A DNA stretch of 64,000 bases from Eledone cirrhosa (Eukaryota). A program made the position numbers and the translations under genes. Every line of letters starts with the position of its first letter. The first letter of the stretch is position 1. Of this stretch, positions 26,376 to 38,243 are shown in pieces. The notes under the pieces are model-generated. The model made no database searches and was not told the origin of the DNA. It was given only the letters and a program-made list of their open reading frames with translations. The DNA is taken from NCBI GenBank assembly GCA_964016885.1, contig OZ024740.1, forward strand, positions 5,518,001 to 5,582,000, read 5' to 3'.

Positions 26376-28500
26376 CTGTACACAGCTAAGTATTCTATAA
26401 GTCTCTAGCTGTGTCATTCTCGATAAAAGCACTGGATATGTAGTCCTGAAGATTTCTAATAAGAATGAAACGCGTAGATTACTTCCCTTGCTTTTATCGA
26501 GAATCTAATTGTAATACGTGACGTATTCTATTCTATAGCGATTAGGTCTTCAAAATGTTTATTATAAACATACAGAATATTTTCGAATATTCTATGTCTA
26601 TATTCACATATATATCGCTATTTCAGAGCATTTATTCCAATTTCTAATTTCTGCCGGACCGGCAACCGCTCTTTCAAACCAGTTCCTGTACACAGCTAAG
26701 TATTCTATAAGTCTCTAGCTGTGTCATTCTCGATAAAAGCACTGGATATGTAGTCCTGAAGATTTCTAATAAGAATGAAACGCGTAGATTACTTCCCTTG
26801 CTTTTATCGAGAATCTAATTGTAATACGTGACGTATTCTATTCTATAGCGATTAGGTCTTCAAAATGTTTATTATAAACATACAGAATATTTTCGAATAT
26901 TCTATGTCTATATTCACATATATATCGCTATTTCAGAGCATTTATTCCAATTTCTAATTTCTGCCGGACCGGCAACCGCTCTTTCAAACCAGTTCCTGTA
27001 CACAGCTAAGTATTCTATAAGTCTCTAGCTGTGTCATTCTCGATAAAAGCACTGGATATGTAGTCCTGAAGATTTCTAATAAGAATGAAACGCGTAGATT
27101 ACTTCCCTTGCTTTTATCGAGAATCTAATTGTAATACGTGACGTATTCTATTCTATAGCGATTAGGTCTTCAAAATGTTTATTATAAACATACAGAATAT
27201 TTTCGAATATTCTATGTCTATATTCACATATATATCGCTATTTCAGAGCATTTATTCCAATTTCTAATTTCTGCCGGACCGGCAACCGCTCTTTCAAACC
27301 AGTTCCTGTACACAGCTAAGTATTCTATAAGTCTCTAGCTGTGTCATTCTCGATAAAAGCACTGGATATGTAGTCCTGAAGATTTCTAATAAGAATGAAA
27401 CGCGTAGATTACTTCCCTTGCTTTTATCGAGAATCTAATTGTAATACGTGACGTATTCTATTCTATAGCGATTAGGTCTTCAAAATGTTTATTATAAACA
27501 TACAGAATATTTTCGAATATTCTATGTCTATATTCACATATATATCGCTATTTCAGAGCATTTATTCCAATTTCTAATTTCTGCCGGACCGGCAACCGCT
27601 CTTTCAAACCAGTTCCTGTACACAGCTAAGTATTCTATAAGTCTCTAGCTGTGTCATTCTCGATAAAAGCACTGGATATGTAGTCCTGAAGATTTCTAAT
27701 AAGAATGAAACGCGTAGATTACTTCCCTTGCTTTTATCGAGAATCTAATTGTAATACGTGACGTATTCTATTCTATAGCGATTAGGTCTTCAAAATGTTT
27801 ATTATAAACATACAGAATATTTTCGAATATTCTATGTCTATATTCACATATATATCGCTATTTCAGAGCATTTATTCCAATTTCTAATTTCTGCCGGACC
27901 GGCAACCGCTCTTTCAAACCAGTTCCTGTACACAGCTAAGTATTCTATAAGTCTCTAGCTGTGTCATTCTCGATAAAAGCACTGGATATGTAGTCCTGAA
28001 GATTTCTAATAAGAATGAAACGCGTAGATTACTTCCCTTGCTTTTATCGAGAATCTAATTGTAATACGTGACGTATTCTATTCTATAGCGATTAGGTCTT
28101 CAAAATGTTTATTATAAACATACAGAATATTTTCGAATATTCTATGTCTATATTCACATATATATCGCTATTTCAGAGCATTTATTCCAATTTCTAATTT
28201 CTGCCGGACCGGCAACCGCTCTTTCAAACCAGTTCCTGTACACAGCTAAGTATTCTATAAGTCTCTAGCTGTGTCATTCTCGATAAAAGCACTGGATATG
28301 TAGTCCTGAAGATTTCTAATAAGAATGAAACGCGTAGATTACTTCCCTTGCTTTTATCGAGAATCTAATTGTAATACGTGACGTATTCTATTCTATAGCG
28401 ATTAGGTCTTCAAAATGTTTATTATAAACATACAGAATATTTTCGAATATTCTATGTCTATATTCACATATATATCGCTATTTCAGAGCATTTATTCCAA
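26376..28500 (+). mobile_element. Tandem array of 310-nt HHR-containing monomers (putative non-LTR retrozyme family D), about 6.9 copies
   Basis: Exact 310-bp period (GTCTCTAGCT at 26401, 26711, ... 28261); HHRs start at 26440+310k (k=0-6); no differences seen between copies; ends in (TA)n. Confidence 0.9.
26440..26482 (+). ncRNA. Minimal type I hammerhead ribozyme (family D)
   Basis: GTAGTC-CTGAAGA-T-TTCT-aata-AGAA-T-GAAA-CGCG-TA-GATTAC; distal stem I extension ATTCTCGATAAAAGCA/TGCTTTTATCGAGAAT (16 bp); GUA triplet (predicted cut after 26476). Confidence 0.87.
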
Positions 28501-29030
<530 letters not shown>

Positions 29031-29042
29031 GATATATATATA

Positions 29043-32000
29043 TCATCACCGTTTTACGTCTGTTCTTCCACGCTAGCATGGGTTAGACGGGTTGTCCTGT
29101 TGTGGGCAGTGTCTGGTCGGCTGACCATGCCTTGCTCATACAGGAACTGATTTGGCTTGATTTCTACAACTGGATGTTCTTCCTAACACCAACCTCATTT
29201 ACAGTGAGTGCTGGGTGCTTTTTCGTGGCGCCTACACGTCCACTTTACAGTGTGGGCTGGGTGCTTTTTTGCCGTGGCACCTCCACGACCACCTTGCAGT
29301 GAGAGGTGTGGGGGCATATTGTCTATATGCTTCAGCTTGTACACATGGGAGGTTGGGTACTCTGTATTACTGCGTGACGCCAGAGGTCACGGTCGTGTGT
29401 TATCGCCTTGGAGAGGTGTAATTGTGTAAGGTCAGCTTTTATCACCTCATCCCAGGTCATCTTGGGTCTCCACAGGCCGCGGTTACCATCGACTTCTAGT
29501 GCTCTGCACCTTTTTATGCAGCTGTCATCCTTCATACGCATCACATGTCCATACCCACGCAACCGCCTCTCCTGCACACAGCATTTGATTCCTCCTATGC
29601 TCAGTCTCTCTCTCAATTCATTTATGCTTTGTCGGTCGCGTATATTACTATTACACATCCATCGGAGCATGCAGGCTTCGTTTCTCTCTAATCTACTAAA
29701 CTAAAATGTTTCTACAGAGCCCTCCCAGAGATTGGTGGTACTTGTGGCTGTTTGCTGCTTGCTGTCTCAGCACAGCTGCTGCATGTGAAGCCTACATTCT
29801 TAATTAAGCTTCCTGAGATCCCGCTACATCTATTGTGTACCCATTGTTTGCATTTGGTGCAGAGAATGGAGTTCCTACCTACACCTTTCCTACATACTGA
29901 GCAAGGCCATTTCCTTGAGGGTTCTGGGTTCTGTTTTCTCGTCTACTTACAAGGACCTTAGTCTTTTTCATGTTGACTTTGAGACCCTTTCTTTCTAGTC
30001 CCTGCTTCCAAGTTTGGAATTTCTTCTCTAGTTCTACCATAGATTCAGCTATAAGTGCGAGGTCATCAGCATACAGGAGTTTCCATGGGCATCCGGTCTT
30101 AAACTCCTCCGTTATTGCCTGCAGGACTATGATGAACAGGAGAGGGCTAAGAACAGAGCCCTGGTGGACACCAACCTCTATGCTAAATTCCTCGCTATAC
30201 TCATTGCTAATCCTAACTTTGCTGACTGCTCCCCTATACATGGCTTGTACAGCTTTCACAAGCCATTCATCTACTCCTAATTTTCTAAGAACCCCCCAGA
30301 TTATAGCACAGGGAACTCTGTCAAAGGCTTTCTCGAGATCGACGAATGCCAGGTAGAGTGGCTTACTTTTAGCTAGGTACTTTTCCTGTAACTGCCTCAC
30401 AAGGAAGAGGGCATCAGTGGTGCCTCTTCCTGGTACAAACCCAAATTGCATCTCATCTAGTTTCACCTGGTCCCTAATCAACTGTGCTATAACTCTTTCT
30501 GTTACTTTCATGACCTGGTCCATCAGCTTTATACCTCTATAGTTTCCTCTATCGAGTGCATCACCTTTACCTTTAATGATACTACTGCACCAATCTTTTG
30601 GTATGACACCTTCTAGTATTACCTGGTTAACAATACGCGTGATTATAGTGTGACCTACAGACCCAGATGCCTTCAGCATCACGGCAGCTATACCCGATGG
30701 ACCGGTTGCCTTCCCCATCTTCATATCTTTGATTGCCTTACTTACTACGTTGCTGCTGACTTGTACTGCTGGCCCCTCTATAGGGTCTACTTGGGGTAGG
30801 GTCTCTTCTTCCCATGCATTCTCCTCAGTTAGTAATCTATCATAATGACTCTTCCATGCATCTTTCTTCTCAGCACTTCTGAGGGCAAGCTCACCTTTAT
30901 CATTCCGGATACACTTCTCTCCAATGACATCACGATTCTCTCTGACACACTGCCTCGCAATCTTGAACACCTCCTGTTTCTGGTCCTCTCGTTGCAAAAC
31001 ATGCTTGAATTTTCTATCCTCTGCTTCCCTCCTAGCTAAGTATACTTGTCGCCTAGCTTCCCTCTTGGTCTCTATGTAATGTACCCTGCTCCCCCCGTTC
31101 TTCCATTCTTTCCATGCCTGTCTCTTGGCCTTAACTGCTTCATCTACCTTATTGTTCCACCACCAAGTCATTCTCTTCCTGCTTGTGGTCTTACTCCAGC
31201 CACAGACCTCATCCGTCGCCTCTAGTAATTTTCTTTTTTAGTAACTCCCAGTGCTATTCTACATTGAATGTCTCTATCTGTTCTTCTTTACTGTCGTAGG
31301 CGTTGAGTAAAATATCTTTAAATCTGTTACTGGCTGAGGGGTCTTTCAGCTTCCAGATCTTTCTTCTCCAGGTTGGCCTCTGTTTCCAGGTTCGTCTGGT
31401 TCTGACCGTGAGGTCGCTGACAACTAAGCTATGTTGGGAGGTACATTCCTCACTAGGGAAGGCTTTTGTGTTTACGACCGTCCATCTGTCACGTCCTCTG
31501 ATGGGGATAAAATCTACCTGACTAGAATGCTCCCCTGATATATAGGTGATCAGGTGGTTGTCAGGTTTTTTGAAGTTTGTGTTACATATCGACATGTCAT
31601 TGGCGTCGCAGAATTCTAGAAATCTGAATCCTTCTTCAATTCTTGTGCCAACCCCATGGCCTCCATGGACTCTATTGAAGCCGTCACAGTGTTTACCTAC
31701 GTGTTCGTTAAAATCTCCTGCATTGATTAGGAAGTCATTGTCGTTTGTTAGAGCAGTAGTGTGCATTAGGAACTCGTAAAACCTATCCTTAAGTTCGTCT
31801 GGCAGCCCCGATTGGGGTGCGTAAGCTGATATTATTGTGGTAATTGTTTTATTCAGGACTAGTCTGAGTTTAATGATTCTTGCATTTACCCTGTACACTG
31901 AGATTACTTTATCTACCCACTTGTCAGCTAGTAGTATACCTACACCACCCATCCCATCGTCATTTCCCACCCAGAAAAATTTGTAGCACTGACTTTTTCC

Positions 32001-32605
32001 TACAAGGACTCTAGCAGACCCTCCTCTCCATCTAGTCTCTTGCACACAGCATACATCAATTTCCTTTCGCTCTAGCATTTCTACGATTTCTCCTGCTCTT
32101 CCTTTCATTGTGCTTACATTGATGGGGTTTTACACTCGGAGTTTTGGGCATTTGTCGACACTCGTAGGGAAGGGTCGATTTTTGCAAGGGTGTGTGTGTG
32201 CTTCCTTTCTCTGGATTGGGGCTTCACATGGGTGCTTGGTAGCTCGCGGATTCATATTCATTTCATCTATTAATTCAGAGTTGCTCCAATTTATTCTCAG
32301 CTCATCCATACATAACGGTAGGAAAATTCAGGGCTAGAAGAACAGTGGTGGTGGTAATAATGGCAGGGTGTGTTGGGTTGGGACGGCGGAGGAGAGAGTT
32401 AGGTAGTAGTATTAGTAGTAGAAGAAATGGCATGCTGAGGTTTGATTGGTCGAATAGGCTATGGTGGCGGGAAGGAAATTGTGAGGTAGGCAGTGAGGGT
32501 CGCCGTCAAGGCTAACAAAGTAGCCGATAGAATACAGCAACAATAATAGCCAGTCATGGCCTGTAGCCTGTGATGGAAAAATAGACAGATTGAGAATCAG
32601 CATGT
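29043..32605 (-). mobile_element. Near full-length decayed RTE-clade LINE
   Basis: APE ORF 31254-32108 (NV.TM, CCVQETRW, SAYAPQ, SQH), RT ORF 29879-31171, PHD finger, C-terminal ORF 29332-29670 and 3'UTR; putative 5'UTR to about 32605, homologous to 60970-61105. Confidence 0.9.
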
Positions 32606-33359
32606 TAGGGGAAAATGAGGATAACAAAATAAATGGGCACTACAACGCTATTAGCTGTCAGTCCAGTGGAAAACAGGCGAAGGTGACGTCACTCGTCAAC
32701 ATCGTTTATTTCCGTATTACTACCACGCGTAAGTGGAGTTTTCACGCGTTTTTTTGAGAGAGAGAGAGGGAAGAGGAGAGATAGGGAAGACTTAAAAGGG
32801 CCAAATTAGAAAACAAATAGAAAAAACAAATAGAAAACAAGTCATGGTTATGAAGCATATCGATGTAAGTGGAGTTACTTAAATGAAAATATAGGTGGCC
32901 CTTAAAAGGGCCAAATTAGAAAACAAATTGAAGTTAATTAGAAAACAAGTCATGGTTTTCAATGTAGAAAACAAGTCATTCATGTGGGTATGGTGTGGCG
33001 TGCGGTGGCCGGAAGCGGGGGAGTGCTCGACCGGAAGGGTGCTTGGCTGGAAGGATGCTCGACCGGAAGGGCCAGCAGATGTGCCTCTCTCTAATGGTGA
33101 CCAGCAACGGTGTGGACGCGAGTTCTGGCAGCTCCCGGTGTTAAGGAGCTGGACGCACGCGGAAGAGGAGAAACTAGCAGTGGAATTTAGTGGCGCCTAT
33201 GAAAAGCGGTAAGTGAGATAGCTTTTTCTAACTACAAGCTATTTCGGCACTGGAAACAGATCTGATTGAAAAAAAAAAAAAAAAAAAAAAAAGCTACTGG
33301 AAAGACAGAGAGGAGTCTGTTGTTGTTTTTTTATCACGTACCGCAAGACAAATTAGAAG

Positions 33360-34121
33360 ATGGCAACAAGACTACGAACAAGCGAAGCGATCAGGGCATT
33401 TACCGGTGAAGGTGATGTTGTTGCTTGGCTGCGAAAAGTCCGGCTGGTCGCAAGCTTGCAGAAGATAGAAGATGTGGCTGGCCTCATGGCACTGTACCTC
33501 GAGGGGGACGCGTTGGTACTCTTCCTTGAGTTGGACGAACACAGCTAAAGAGATGCGCAAAAGATTGAGAGGCGCATGATGGAAGCATTCGCAGAGGGAC
33601 CGTTAGCCGCTTTCGTTAAGCTGGCAAGAATTAGATTGAACGGTGAACGCGTCGACATTTTCGCAGCGGAAATACGGCGATTGGCCATGTTAGCTGGATA
33701 TCAGGTGGAATGCGAACGCACGGTGCGGTTGGCGTTCATACATGGATTTCCAGACAACATAGCGGTGAAACTGCAGCAAGTCCCGGGTTACAAAGAAATG
33801 GAAATATGTTCACTGGTGGAACAAGCTCGGATCATAGCAGAAGATGCCAAGAAGAGTGTTGCGGCGATAGCAACTACAGAGGCTCAAGACAGCTGGCAGC
33901 GAAATGGTGAAAGGGAGGCAACCACGGCACGCGATCGCCCGCGAACGTTTAGAGGTCGCTGTTTTCAGTGCCAAGGCCCGCACATGGCTAGAGACTGCAG
34001 AGAGTCAAGGCCGGAAATAATATGCTACCGGTGTAAGCGACCAGGCCACATCGCTATTAACTGCGACCAGGGAAACGATCCAAGGGGAACTACTGCGCCG
34101 GTAGTTGCCCCTTACGACTAG
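33360..34121 (+). pseudogene. gag: Gypsy gag with two CCHC zinc knuckles (one in-frame stop)
   Basis: CFQCQGPHMARDC and CYRCKRPGHIAINC; stop at 33546-33548. Confidence 0.85.
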
Positions 34122-36910
34122 AGGCGCTGTCCGTGGTGGAAGTCTTCGTGAGGAGAAAGCCACAGCGAGCCCTCGTGGACACGGGCTGTACGACGACACT
34201 GGTGACCGCGGGGGTGGAGAGAAAAGAGCAGCGTAAAGGCAGTCGACGGCAGGAAAATTGAATGCCGAGGTCGCAGCGAGATGGAAATAGCGGTACGGTG
34301 AAGGAAAATAAGGCTTTCTGCCATCGTAGTAGACAGCGTGGTGGATGGGATCGGCGTGGTTATGGGCAAAGACGCAATTGGTCGTCTAGGAGGCGTCACA
34401 GTGAACAACGTCGGTGTGTTGTTTGGCGCCGCTGCATCGGTATGCGCTGTGAGTACGCGACAGGAGAACCAGAAGGCCCACGAGGAGAAATACCCCGCTT
34501 ACACTGTGCAGGACAAAGACTTCAAGGCCGTGTTCGATGGGCAGCGATGGATTGTTGAGTGGTACTGGAAGGGAGAACCACCAACACTGAAGACCAAAGT
34601 GGGCTGCTATCAACACACATTGAGGGGAAACATCAGGAGCAATTTCGAGCGAGAGGTAGAGAGATGGATTCAGGAGGGCATACTGCTTCCCTGGAAAGAG
34701 GTGAAGTGCGGAATATTGCCGTTAATGGCGGTGGAGCAACCCACGAAGAACAAGGTGAGGCCGGTGCTGGACTTTCGGGAGGTGAACGACCACATGTCAT
34801 GCCACACAGGTGGCGAGGTCACGGATGTCTGTGGGGAAACCCTGCGTGAGTGGAGACGCATGACGGGGGGGGGGGGGGTCAGCAATCGTATATCTAAAGT
34901 CGGCATACTTGCAATTGCATATAGATGAGAAGCTCTGGCAGTAGCAGCTGGTCAGGTATAAGGGCCGGACATATTGCCTGACCAGGCTCGGTTTCGGTCT
35001 GAGCTCCGCACCGAAGATCATGGCGGCGGCCCTCAAAACCATTCTGGGAAAGGCCGACAAGATGAAGTGGGCCACTAGCTCCTACTTTGACGAAATCCTA
35101 GTGGACGAGTCTGTGGTGTCGCCGGCGGAGGTCACGAGCCATTTACAAGGGTATGGACTGGCTGCGAAGCCGTGAGAAGCGTTGGAGGGAGGAGCCGCGC
35201 TGGGACTTAGGCTACGGCGAGACAGGACGGGCGTCTTGGTATTCCAGAGGGGAAATGAAGTTCCAGAACTGGGCCCAAGTATGAGTAGGCGGGAGCTTTT
35301 CTCGGTGTGTGGAAAGTTGGTGGGTCACTACCCGATTGCTGGGTGACTCCGGAAGCATGCAGCTATGTCAAGAGACGAGCGGGAGGGGTGACAGAGTGGG
35401 AGAGAGGACGGTGGCCATGATGCAGGAGATCGTGGGGAGGGTCAAGGCCGACGACCCAGTGCGGGGACGCTGATATGTTCCCAAATCACAGAGCGGGACC
35501 GTATGGTGCGATGCCAGCAGCATAGCGCTGGGTGTCACGTTGGAGATAGAAGGTGTTGAGGTCGAGGATGCAGCCTGGCTTAGGAAGAAGGACGACTGCA
35601 ACCACATCAATGTGGCTGAACTGGACGCAGTGTTGAGAGGGGTGAACCTCGCCCTGAGGTGGGGACTGCGCACCATCGAGATACGCACCGACTCGGCTAC
35701 TGTACTCGGATGGGTGAGATCAGTGCTCACCAGTGAGAAAAGAGTGCGAACGAGAGGGGCGGCGGAGATGCTGATAAAGCGCCGCCTGGGAATTTTAGGA
35801 GAGCTGGCCACCGAGTTCGACCTGAGGCTGAGCGTAGTTTTCGTGCCCTCAGAGAAAAATAGGGCGGACGTCTTAACTATGGTGAAGAAAGCCTGGATGG
35901 AAGCGCCGGAGGAGGTAGAAGATGAGATAGCTGCCGTGTGTCGGCTGACCGAGTCGGATCTGAAAGGGTTGCATGACATGCACCACATGGGAGTGGAGAG
36001 GAGCCTGTTCCTAGCCAGGAGAATCGACTCGGACGTTAACAGACACAGTGTTCAAAGGGTGGTTAGAGGCTGCGTCCGATGTCAGTCCATTGATCCCGCT
36101 CCGCGTGTGCACGAAACGGGAAGCCTCCCGGTGGATCGCGACTGGAAGCGATTAGCGGTGGATGTAACGCACTACCGGCAGGGAACGTACCTCTCGATGG
36201 TCGACTGTGGACCAGGACGGATGGCGATATGGAGGGAGATGAAGACTGGAACGGCCGAGGAAATCATGCGGACGTTGAGAGAGGTGTTCTTGGAGTGGGG
36301 CCCTGTGGACGAACTGCTGATGGACAACAACGCAGCATTCCGCTCGGAGGCGCTGAGGGAGATGATCGATGGATGGAAGGTGGACCGTTTCTTCAGAGCA
36401 GCGCTCAGGCCGTGCGGGAATGGAATTGTGGAGCGACACCACCGGACGATCAAGGCAATGGCGGAGCGGGGCCATATCTCACCAATGGAGGCAGTGTTCT
36501 GGTACAACATGTCCCCTCGGGTAGGACAGGTCGAGGAATCGGTGCCACACAGAGCAGTATTCAAATACGAGTGGCGGCACCTGTGCGCGCCACCACAACG
36601 GCCAGTGGGGAGAGAGAGTGCATTTGTGCAGGTGGGCGAAGAAGTCTGGGTTAAGTCCCCAGATGCACGTTGCACATCTCAATGGGGAAGAGGAACGGTG
36701 ACGGCCGTAAATTCCCAGAACAATGTGTCCGTGGACGGAGTACCACGTCATGTCCTGGATGTCCGTAGAATCCCTGTGTCAACGGACTCCGAGGAAGAGG
36801 AAACCCAAAGTGCCGCCCCAACACTGCGGAGATCGCAAAGAAGTCGCAAACCACCAACCTGGACAGCAGACTTTCATATGCAGAAGGACGAGGGGGAAAT
36901 TGATCCTTGA
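34122..36910 (+). pseudogene. pol: Gypsy pol (protease, RT, RNase H, integrase), disrupted
   Basis: ALVDTGC protease; RPVLDFR, LGFGL and YFDEIL (RT); WCDAS/ELDA/TDS (RNase H); HH..CxxC, AVD, MDN and NGIVER (integrase). Confidence 0.88.
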
Positions 36911-37246
36911 GATCAGAGGAGCGTGTGTGGATGGTGTGGCGTGCGGTGGCCGGAAGCGAGGGAGTGCTCGATCGGAAGGGCCAGCAGGTGTGCCTCTCTC
37001 TAGTGGTGACCAGCAACGGTGTGGACGCGAGTTCTGGCAGCTCCTGGTGTTAAGGAGCTGGACGCACGTGGAAGAGGAGAAACTAACAGTGGGATTTAGT
37101 GGCGCCTATGAAAAGCGATAAGTGAGATAGCTTTTTCTAACTACAATTCATACATTTTCACCAACAATTTTTTTCACCAACAAATACGACAGCTAATAGC
37201 GTTGTAGTGCCCGCAATTCTGTATCTTTACGTATATTGCGCATAGA

Positions 37247-37490
37247 TACGAGGGTTGACAAAGATACTCTCATGGAATGTGACCAAATGAGGTTTATTTT
37301 TCAACATAGTCTCCCTTGCGTTCCACACACTTCTTCCATCGGTGTTGCAGTACTGAGATCAATGTTTTCCTCGGTAATGGCAGTTGTAGGACGTCCAGAC
37401 ATTGGGTCATCTTCAAGAATCCCTTATCCTTTCCTAAATTCGGCTACCCACTTTTGCACAAAGGAAAATTGTGGTACAATATTGTAAGGT
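37247..37490 (-). mobile_element. Mariner/Tc1 remnant
   Basis: TACGAGGG terminal motif; the minus strand encodes EDDPMSGRPTTAITEENID, typical of mariner transposases. Confidence 0.65.
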
Positions 37491-38243
37491 CTGCTTATAG
37501 CATTATCCATCTTTCAAAAATGAAGGTCCACATTTCGTCGACTTCAATACATTTTATTACATTTTATTGTATTGTAATCATTAACTTTTATGGAAATTTT
37601 ATTACAAAATTTCAATTAGTTCGATTTTTGGGAATTTATTTAACAAACATGGAAAAATAAGAAAAAGAATAAAATAAAAAATAATTTGATTGCCTTTAAT
37701 AAAGAAGATAAATAGAGTGGAACTGATTTCCAGGTCATACTAATGAAACAAAGTTTTTTCCATTACTGATATTATCTGTCTGCCGCAAGTCCTCGTAGAT
37801 GATACTACACGAACTAAAGTATTTTACTGAAGGACGCAACATGCTACAGGATCGAAGAAACGAGCCGATGACTTTATAATGGTTAGTCCAGTACCGTAAC
37901 CCCTAAGCCTGTGTCTTCACAGAGGAAAGGTAAATCATATTATAACAGATTAGATGGCTACTATGTTAGATATTACTATGTGTCATATTATACCAAAGAG
38001 GAAGTGTGCTGTATAATAAACATTGATATCAGGTTGATTCAATAACTACCCGGTCCCAAATATGAACCCATGAACTTATGGTCGTCAGTCAAACACTTTA
38101 ACCATTGTATGTATGTATACACGTATGGATGGATGTATGTATGTATGTATGTATGTGTGTATACATGTATGTATGGATGGATGGATGTATGCATGTATGC
38201 ATGTATGTATACATGTATATATGTAAGTATGTATGCGTGTATG

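Larger units (their letters stand above)
32983..37145 (+). mobile_element. Compact Ty3/Gypsy LTR retrotransposon (about 4.16 kb, decayed)
   Basis: TG...CA LTRs at 32983-33236 and 36924-37145; 5-bp TSD ATTCA (32978-32982 and 37146-37150); purine-rich tract before the 3' LTR; domain order gag-PR-RT-RH-IN. Confidence 0.93.
32635..37212. mobile_element. MITE with 25-bp TIRs, interrupted by the Gypsy insertion
   Basis: GGGCACTACAACGCTATTAGCTGTC (32635-32659) and its exact reverse complement (37188-37212); related copy at 60569-60735. Confidence 0.65.

Noticed and set aside
26376-28500. CRISPR array or ordinary satellite
   Set aside because: There are no unique spacers, the context is eukaryotic, and each unit contains an HHR.
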